From assembly GCA_026982635.1 (NCBI GenBank), contig JALSGR010000229.1, forward strand, positions 1-51,080: a stretch of 51,080 nucleotides of DNA. Reading direction: 5' to 3'. Positions 45,109-51,080 of the stretch are shown here, one piece after another. The notes under the pieces are model-generated. The model was not told where the DNA came from, ran no database searches, and worked only from the letters and a program-made list of their open reading frames with translations. Positions within the stretch are counted from its first letter, which is position 1; every line of letters begins with the position of its first letter. The translations under genes were made by a program, and so were the position numbers. This DNA comes from Methylothermaceae bacterium (GTDB lineage Bacteria > Pseudomonadota > Gammaproteobacteria > Methylococcales > Methylothermaceae).

Positions 45109-45807
45109 GTGATCTGCAATTCTAGCGCATCTCCCGCTCTGGCTCTTTTCGATCTCGACAATACCCTGTTGGGAGGGGACAGCGATTATCTCTGGGGACG
45201 ATTTCTGGTGGAACAGGGTCTGGTGGACGCGGCGGAATACGAGGCCGCCAATCGGCGCTTCTACGACGACTACCGCCAGGGTCGGCTCGACATTCACGCC
45301 TTTCTCCGTTTCGCCCTCAGGCCCTTGACCCAACACCCCCCAAACCGGCTCGAAGCCCTGCGGGAGCGCTTCGTCGAAGAAAAGATCGAACCGATTCTGC
45401 TGCCGGCGGCCCGCCGGTTGATCGAATGTCACCGGCGCCGGGGGGATCGGCTGGCCATCGTCACCGCGACCAACGCTTTCGTGACCGCCCCCATCGCCCG
45501 GCGCCTCGGTGTCGAGACGCTGATCGCCACGGAGCCGGAACGGATCGACGGCCGCTATACCGGCGAGGTGAAGGGCATTCCTTGTTTTCGGGAGGGAAAA
45601 GTGCTCCGGATTCAGCAGTGGCTAGGCGAGGCGACGGACCTGAGCTCGGCCGTGTTCTACAGCGACTCCCACAACGACCTCCCCCTGCTGAGTCGGGTGG
45701 GCTGCCCGGTGGCCGTGGATCCCGACGAACGCCTGGAACGACACGCCCGGGAACAGGGGTGGCCCATCCTGTCGCTGCGGCGGGGCCCCGAACCGGTGCG
45801 GCTCTGA
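45109..45807 (+). CDS. HAD-IB hydrolase (SerB-like, possibly histidinol phosphatase)
   Basis: FDLDNTL, TAT, GK, YSDSHNDLPLL; divergent from rppH. Confidence 0.88.
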   Translation: MICNSSASPALALFDLDNTLLGGDSDYLWGRFLVEQGLVDAAEYEAANRRFYDDYRQGRLDIHAFLRFALRPLTQHPPNRLEALRERFVEEKIEPILLPAARRLIECHRRRGDRLAIVTATNAFVTAPIARRLGVETLIATEPERIDGRYTGEVKGIPCFREGKVLRIQQWLGEATDLSSAVFYSDSHNDLPLLSRVGCPVAVDPDERLERHAREQGWPILSLRRGPEPVRL

Positions 45808-45808
45808 A

Positions 45809-46039
45809 TCATTTCCGGCGAATCCAGAAATGGAGCACACCGTCCTGCTCCCGTTGTTCTAGAATTTCATTGCCCGTTTGTTCGGCGAAGACCCCGAAAT
45901 CCAGCACCGAGGCGGGATCGGTGGCGACGACGTGAACGATCTGGCCGCTGGACATCTCGTTCAGCACCTTCTTCAGCCGCAGCAGCGGCAGGGGGCAATG
46001 AAGACCGCTGGTATCCAGTTCCCGGTCGGATTTCATCAT
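45809..46039 (-). CDS. tusA: TusA/SirA-family sulfur carrier
   Basis: LDTSGLHCPLP, ATDP. Confidence 0.88.
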   Translation of the reverse strand: MMKSDRELDTSGLHCPLPLLRLKKVLNEMSSGQIVHVVATDPASVLDFGVFAEQTGNEILEQREQDGVLHFWIRRK

Positions 46040-46077
46040 GCTAGAACCCAAAGGCGCCATTCATCAGCACAAACGTT

Positions 46078-47478
46078 ATGGACTATCTGCCGATCTTCCT
46101 GAAACTTCGTGACCGTCCCTGCCTCGTCGTCGGCGGCGGCGCGGTCGCCCTCCGTAAAGTGGCGCTGCTGCTTCGCAGCGGGGGCAGCGTCACGGCGGTG
46201 GCGCCCCGATTCCACCCGGAGCTGGAACGGTTGGCCGGCGGGCGGCTCCGGCTGCGCCGCAAACCCTTCGAAGCCGACGACCTCGCCGGTGCCCATCTGG
46301 TCGTCGCCGCTACCGACGATCGCCGCCTCAACCACGAAATCGCCACCCTGGCGCGGGAACGGGGCATTCCGGTCAACGCCGTCGACCAACCCGAAGACTG
46401 CGATTTCATCATGCCGGCCATCGTCGACCGTTCCCCCGTCATCGTGGCGGTTTCCAGCGGCGGCCGGGCCCCGGTGCTGACCCGGCTCATCAAAAGCCGG
46501 CTGGAAACCCTGCTGCCGGAGCGCATCGGCCAGTTGGCCGAGCTGGCGAGCCGGTTCCGCGACCGAGTCAAGCAGCGTATTATACCGGAACAGCGACGCC
46601 GCTTCTGGGAGCAGGTTCTGACCGGCGCGCCGGGCGAACTACTGCTCTCGGGACAGCATCGGGCCGCCACCGACGCCATGGCACAGGCGATCGACGCCGC
46701 CGGCGGCCAAGAGACACCACCCGGCTACGTCGCGCTGGTGGGGGCCGGCCCCGGCGATCCCGATCTGTTGACCTTCCGGGCCCTGCGCTTGTTGCAGGAG
46801 GCGGACGTGGTCGTCTACGACCGTCTGGTCTCCCGCCCCGTCCTCGACCTGATCCGTCGTGACGCCGAGAAAATCTATGCCGGCAAGGCGCGCGCCGACC
46901 ACACCCTGCCCCAGGAAAGCATCAATCAGCTGCTGGTACGGCTGGCCCGGGAGGGCCGGCGGGTGGTGCGCCTCAAGGGTGGAGATCCCTTCATCTTCGG
47001 GCGCGGCGGCGAGGAAATCGAAACCCTGGCGGAAAACGGCATCCCCTTCCTGGTGGTGCCGGGAATCACCGCCGCCTCCGGATGCGCCAGCTATGCCGGT
47101 ATTCCCCTCACCCACCGCGACTATGCCCAGTCCTGCCTGTTCGTCACCGGTCATCGCAAAGACGGTAGCGTCAACCTGGACTGGGACAAGATGGTGGTTC
47201 CTCGCCAGACGCTGGTGATCTACATGGGGCTGCTGGGACTGGAGGAAATCTGCCAGGCGCTGATCGAACACGGCATGACGCCGGAAATGCCCGCCGCCCT
47301 GATCGAGTCGGGAACCACCCCCCGGCAAAAGGTGATCACCGCCACCGTCGCCACCCTGGCCCAGGCGGCCCGGGACGCCGGCGCCTCCCCACCGACCCTC
47401 GTCATCATCGGCGAAGTGGTCAAGCTCCGCCATAAACTTGCCTGGTTCCAAGGAAATCCGTCATGCGAATCTGGTTGA
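46078..47478 (+). CDS. cysG: Siroheme synthase
   Basis: MDYLPIF, VGGGAVA; GAGPGDPDLLT, RLKGGDPFIFGRGGEE. Confidence 0.97.
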   Translation: MDYLPIFLKLRDRPCLVVGGGAVALRKVALLLRSGGSVTAVAPRFHPELERLAGGRLRLRRKPFEADDLAGAHLVVAATDDRRLNHEIATLARERGIPVNAVDQPEDCDFIMPAIVDRSPVIVAVSSGGRAPVLTRLIKSRLETLLPERIGQLAELASRFRDRVKQRIIPEQRRRFWEQVLTGAPGELLLSGQHRAATDAMAQAIDAAGGQETPPGYVALVGAGPGDPDLLTFRALRLLQEADVVVYDRLVSRPVLDLIRRDAEKIYAGKARADHTLPQESINQLLVRLAREGRRVVRLKGGDPFIFGRGGEEIETLAENGIPFLVVPGITAASGCASYAGIPLTHRDYAQSCLFVTGHRKDGSVNLDWDKMVVPRQTLVIYMGLLGLEEICQALIEHGMTPEMPAALIESGTTPRQKVITATVATLAQAARDAGASPPTLVIIGEVVKLRHKLAWFQGNPSCESG

Positions 47479-48419
47479 TCGCCATCCTTCCGCTCCTGCT
47501 GTATGGCTGTGACAACGGCCGACCGCCCGATAAAGACTGGCACCTGACCGATGGCGCCACCGCCGCAGCGGTGACCGCCAACCACGCTCTGCTCGTCACC
47601 ACCGACCACGGCGCGACATGGTGGCAACTGCGCCCGAAACGGCTGCTGCACACTTTCCGCCACGGTCCGGGTCAGTCACAAAATCTGATCGCAGCCGACG
47701 TGACCCCGGACGGTCACTGGGCCGTCACCGCCGACCGCGACGGTCTCGCCTGGTGGGACACCCGTGCCGGCAAGGCCCTGGCCTCCTGGGCCCTGGAAGG
47801 CATCCAGGCCGTCGCCCTCTCCCATGACGGCCGTTGGGCGCTGATCGGATTGCGGGACAGAGCGGTCTATTTCTCCCTGCCCCGGGGCAAGACCCGCCAT
47901 GCCTTTCCCCACGACCGGGCGGTGAAGGCCGTGGCCCTCGACGCCCGCGGGCGTTTCGCCCTGACCGGCGGCGACGACGGCATGGCGAAGCTGTGGGATC
48001 TCGAAACCGGCAAACTGCGCCACCGCTGGTCACATACCGGCAAAGTGGCCGCGGTCGCCCTGTCACCCCGAGGAACCTACGCCATGACCAGCGCTCTGTT
48101 CACCCCGATCCGTGTCTGGAAGACCGGCGACGGCAAGCTCAAGCGCAAACTGGGATCCCAATATCTCGCCGTCACCCGGGCCGTGTTTTCCCCCCGGGAG
48201 GGAATGTTGTTCACCGGCCATCCTTCCCAGGGCATTCGGCTCTGGAGCGTCAAATCCGGCCGGCTGCTGCGCCGCTTCACACCGGCCCGCTCGCATTTCT
48301 GGCGTCCCACCGCCAGTCCGGTGCTGGCCCTGGCGCTGGTCAAAAAGGGGAAATACCTGCTCAGCGCCACTTCCGACGGCTCGGTCCAGCGATGGCGCCT
48401 GCGCCGCAAAAAGCCGTAA
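47463..48419 (+). CDS. WD40-repeat lipoprotein
   Basis: Lipobox LLYGC; repeats ending WWD, LWD, VWK, LWS; stop codon lies inside the IS end. Confidence 0.85.
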   Translation: MRIWLIAILPLLLYGCDNGRPPDKDWHLTDGATAAAVTANHALLVTTDHGATWWQLRPKRLLHTFRHGPGQSQNLIAADVTPDGHWAVTADRDGLAWWDTRAGKALASWALEGIQAVALSHDGRWALIGLRDRAVYFSLPRGKTRHAFPHDRAVKAVALDARGRFALTGGDDGMAKLWDLETGKLRHRWSHTGKVAAVALSPRGTYAMTSALFTPIRVWKTGDGKLKRKLGSQYLAVTRAVFSPREGMLFTGHPSQGIRLWSVKSGRLLRRFTPARSHFWRPTASPVLALALVKKGKYLLSATSDGSVQRWRLRRKKP

Positions 48420-48530
48420 ACAACCCGTGACTGAAGTCGCAGGCTTTATTCTCAATGGATAGTGTGACTACCCATCGGAACATCAGGCGTGTTTACAGCC
48501 GCCCTTGGCGGGAGAGTGCTCCCGCCAATC
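48416..48530 (-). ncRNA. Predicted omega/reRNA scaffold (5' end uncertain; guide continues into 48415-48396)
   Basis: Hairpins 48505-48528, 48455-48475 and 48424-48443; GTAAACA/TGTTTAC complementarity to the element end. Confidence 0.7.
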
Positions 48531-49594
48531 CGGGCAAGGTTTCGACCGGCATTGCAGTCGGCGTGCGCCCGGAAACCACACGCACACTCGAAAAGATGTT
48601 TGACCCTTCTGCCCAAGCACCCACATTCGCTGCACGTCCGGCTGGTATAGGCCGGATCGACGTAAATCACCCGGATACCGACGGCGGCCGCTTTGTATTC
48701 GATCTGCTTTTGCAATTGCCGAAACGGCCATCGGTGCAACCTAGCCCGCACCCTTTTACCGGCCTTGATCCGGTCGCGGATATGGGTCAGATCCTCCAGC
48801 ACGATCACAGACGTTCGTGTGCCTGTGGCTTCCTCGACGATGGCTTTGCTGATTTGGTGGTTGACATGGGCATTCCGCCTTCCGCCCTTGTCAGAGACCT
48901 GCCGCAGCTTTTGGGCGGCGCTGCGGCTGCCGTTGGACTTGGCCTTCTGAAGACGGCGGATCAGGGCAAGGTGTTTGTCTTGGTGGTGACGCAATGGGCC
49001 ACCACCGAATACCTTGCCCGTACTGGTGGCAGCCAGATTGTTCTCTCCCACATCGACCCCCACTACCTGCCCATCGGTGACAGGATCGGAGTCCTCCAAC
49101 TCGACGACCAGGTTGAAATACCACTGTCCCTTGCGGCAAACCAGTTCCGCCTCCTTAGGGGTTCCCCTATCCAGCAGGCGTCGCTGATGTTCTCCCAGAC
49201 GCATCCCGACCCGAATACGGCCTTGCAGCGTGTAAAGCGAGAGCGTTTCCCCTGCGAGCGTGTAGGTCCGTTTGTCGAAGTGAACGCTGGCCCGGTCGAA
49301 ATGGAGTCTGGGGACCGGTTGATCCTTCCTGATCCGCCCCCGCTTTTTCTGGGACCGGTAGGCCTGGCACACGCTCCAGATGGCGTTGCAGCACATCTGC
49401 GATCCCAAGGGCGTTTGCCGCCGGAGCCGATCGTAGGTCAGGTTGTGCAACGCCACCCGGTTCCAGACCCGATGTTCGCAGACATAAGGCACCAGCAAAT
49501 TGCAGGCATCGGCGAAAGCTACTTGCAGGTCGGCAAGCCGCTTGGCCTGATCGGGCGTCACCGCCAGTTTGATCGAGGCGGTTCTAAGGGACAT
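48452..49594 (-). CDS. tnpB: RNA-guided endonuclease TnpB
   Basis: RuvC-I GVDVG, RuvC-II VLEDL, zinc finger CSECG..CACG, RuvC-III HADCNAGRNL. Confidence 0.95.
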   Translation of the reverse strand: MSLRTASIKLAVTPDQAKRLADLQVAFADACNLLVPYVCEHRVWNRVALHNLTYDRLRRQTPLGSQMCCNAIWSVCQAYRSQKKRGRIRKDQPVPRLHFDRASVHFDKRTYTLAGETLSLYTLQGRIRVGMRLGEHQRRLLDRGTPKEAELVCRKGQWYFNLVVELEDSDPVTDGQVVGVDVGENNLAATSTGKVFGGGPLRHHQDKHLALIRRLQKAKSNGSRSAAQKLRQVSDKGGRRNAHVNHQISKAIVEEATGTRTSVIVLEDLTHIRDRIKAGKRVRARLHRWPFRQLQKQIEYKAAAVGIRVIYVDPAYTSRTCSECGCLGRRVKHLFECACGFRAHADCNAGRNLARIGGSTLPPRAAVNTPDVPMGSHTIH

Positions 49595-49716
49595 TCAGCG
49601 CCTATTGGTTACAATATCCACCTTGTTACACAGGGTAGCAAACGCGGCTTGCCAAGCAAGCCGTTTACAATTCCTCCCGCGACTAAAGTCGCGGGTTTCC
49701 TTGCGAGGCTTCTATG

Positions 49717-49744
49717 AAAAAAGCCCGGTCTCCCGGGCTTTTTT
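49717..49744. terminator. Bidirectional intrinsic terminator
   Basis: AAAAAA-GCCCGG-TCTC-CCGGGC-TTTTTT. Confidence 0.9.
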
Positions 49745-49768
49745 CTCGTGTTCAGACGAATACGGCGC

Positions 49769-50191
49769 TCACTCGCACTTGCCCTTCAGCTTTTCCTTCA
49801 GGCTCTTGGGCTTTTTCACCTTGCCTTTCACCGTGCCGTCCGACAATCCCTTGAGGTAAGTATAGAGGGCGTCGAGAGCCTGTTCCTCGGTCATGCACGC
49901 TTTTTCCACCAGACCGATCTTCATGATCTGGGGTGCCATCGGGGTCATGATGGTACCCGCACGGCCTTCCTTCACCACCTTGAGGAATTCTTCCTTGCTC
50001 AGTTTCTTGATGCTCTCGGTCAGATCCGGGAACGGACGCACGTCGTGGCAGGTACCGCAACCGCGGCCGGCGGCGCGTTCATAGATCTTCATCCCCAGCC
50101 ACAGTTTTTCCTCTTCGGTGAATTCGACCGCCGAAGCTATACCGGCAGCCGCCGTCAAAGCCACACCGAGAACGAGATGACGCAATTTCAT
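49769..50191 (-). CDS. Periplasmic monoheme cytochrome c
   Basis: Signal peptide ending ASA; single CGTCH; candidate axial Met in IMTPM; AAGGAGG RBS. Confidence 0.9.
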   Translation of the reverse strand: MKLRHLVLGVALTAAAGIASAVEFTEEEKLWLGMKIYERAAGRGCGTCHDVRPFPDLTESIKKLSKEEFLKVVKEGRAGTIMTPMAPQIMKIGLVEKACMTEEQALDALYTYLKGLSDGTVKGKVKKPKSLKEKLKGKCE

Positions 50192-50308
50192 GGATGCTCC
50201 TCCTTATTTACGATCGTCGACATCAGGATAACGACCATTCTCTGAATCGCCACTGAACCCCCACGGCCGCTACCCCGAAAACGGAAACACATAAATTTCG
50301 AATTATAT

Positions 50309-50337
50309 AAAGACATCCTGGACGGCACCAGGATTTT
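50309..50337 (-). terminator. Probable terminator after prfC
   Basis: Minus strand ATCCTGG-TGCCGT-CCAGGAT-GTCTTT. Confidence 0.55.
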
Positions 50338-51080
50338 TTACAGCTCCCGCGTGGCCTTGAAACGCACCGCCGGCCAGCGTTCCTCGGCCAACTGGAGGTT
50401 GACCCGGCTCGGAGCCAGGTAGACCAGAAAACCGCCGCCGTCTTCGGCCAGATATTCGAAGTTCTTGCGTCGGAAGTTCTCCAGCTCCCGCGGATCGTCA
50501 CATTCGATCCAGCGGGCGGTGGCGACCTCGACCGGCTCGTAGGCGCATTCCACGTTGTATTCGTGTTTGAGGCGGAAGGCGGTGACGTCGAACTGAAGCA
50601 CCCCCACCGCCCCGAGGATGAGATCGTTGTTCCGCAGGGGGCGGAACACCTGGGTCGCCCCTTCCTCGCTGAGCTGGATCAGGCCCTTGTGCAGCGCCTT
50701 GGCCTTGAGAGGATCTTTGAGCACCACGCGGCGGAACAGCTCCGGGGCGAAATAGGGAATACCGCCGAACTTGAGCTTCTCCCCCTGGGTGAAGGTGTCG
50801 GCCACCTGGATGGTGCCGTGGTTGTAGAGACCGATGATTTCACCGGGATAAGCCTCCTCCACGTGGCGGCGGCTGGCGGCCTGGAAGGTCATGGCGTTGG
50901 CGACGTTGACGGTCTTGCCGGAACGCACGTGGTAGAGCTTCATTCCCTTGCGGTAGCGGCCGCTGCAGATGCGGAGAAAGGCGATGCGGTCGCGGTGCTG
51001 GGGATCCATGTTGGCCTGGATCTTGAACACGAAGCCGCTGAACTTGGGCTCGTCCGGCGCCACCACCCGCTCGACCGCCG
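50338..51080 (-). CDS. prfC: Peptide chain release factor 3 (3' part; truncated by window edge)
   Basis: [39 protein letters not shown]-terminal TREL. Confidence 0.96.
   Translation of the reverse strand, partial: AVERVVAPDEPKFSGFVFKIQANMDPQHRDRIAFLRICSGRYRKGMKLYHVRSGKTVNVANAMTFQAASRRHVEEAYPGEIIGLYNHGTIQVADTFTQGEKLKFGGIPYFAPELFRRVVLKDPLKAKALHKGLIQLSEEGATQVFRPLRNNDLILGAVGVLQFDVTAFRLKHEYNVECAYEPVEVATARWIECDDPRELENFRRKNFEYLAEDGGGFLVYLAPSRVNLQLAEERWPAVRFKATREL

Larger units (their letters stand above)
48416..49713 (-). mobile_element. IS200/IS605-family TnpB-only (IS1341-type) element
   Basis: Related subterminal hairpins at both ends (48424-48443, 49676-49695); tnpB with no tnpA; removing it gives a clean stop codon plus terminator. 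Confidence 0.9.

Noticed and set aside
48452-49594. Cas12f or nuclease-dead TldR interpretation of TnpB
   Set aside because: No CRISPR array or cas genes; both IS ends and all three RuvC acidic residues are present
48455-49717. 420-aa + strand ORF across the IS as a possible transposase
   Set aside because: Antisense to tnpB; no HUH/Y1 or serine recombinase motifs

Overview
GC-rich gammaproteobacterial chromosome segment, mostly core genes. A Methylococcales/Methylothermaceae origin is only a guess from protein style; no methanotrophy gene is in the window. In order: Gld-like ABC genes with mutM; a type II SQR; regBA; tRNA-Leu-tig-clpPX-lon-hup-tRNA-Val-tRNA-Asp-ppiD; rpe-trpEGDC; grxC/trxC/rubredoxin; a gap-pyk-fbp-tkt-fba-fba cluster; amiB-mutL-miaA; argD-argF; ilvD-argA-cpdA; rppH, tusA and cysG; a WD40 lipoprotein; a TnpB-only IS200/IS605 element; a cytochrome c; and the 3' part of prfC. 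Three things stand out. (1) The ~310 bp gap upstream of regB holds two tandem units 154 bp apart. Each has a RegA/PrrA-type palindrome, a 23-nt spacer, a -10 box, then an ~85-nt structured RNA with CCUCCU anti-Shine-Dalgarno motifs and a GCAGGGA/UCCCUGC terminator. This looks like an unannotated pair of redox-regulated sRNAs. (2) The TnpB element's ends (48416-49713), TAM (TCAT), omega-RNA and guide can all be read from the sequence, and its insertion rebuilds the host gene's last codon and stop codon. (3) Two tandem class II aldolases are nearly identical, but the catalytic loop is rewritten in one copy.
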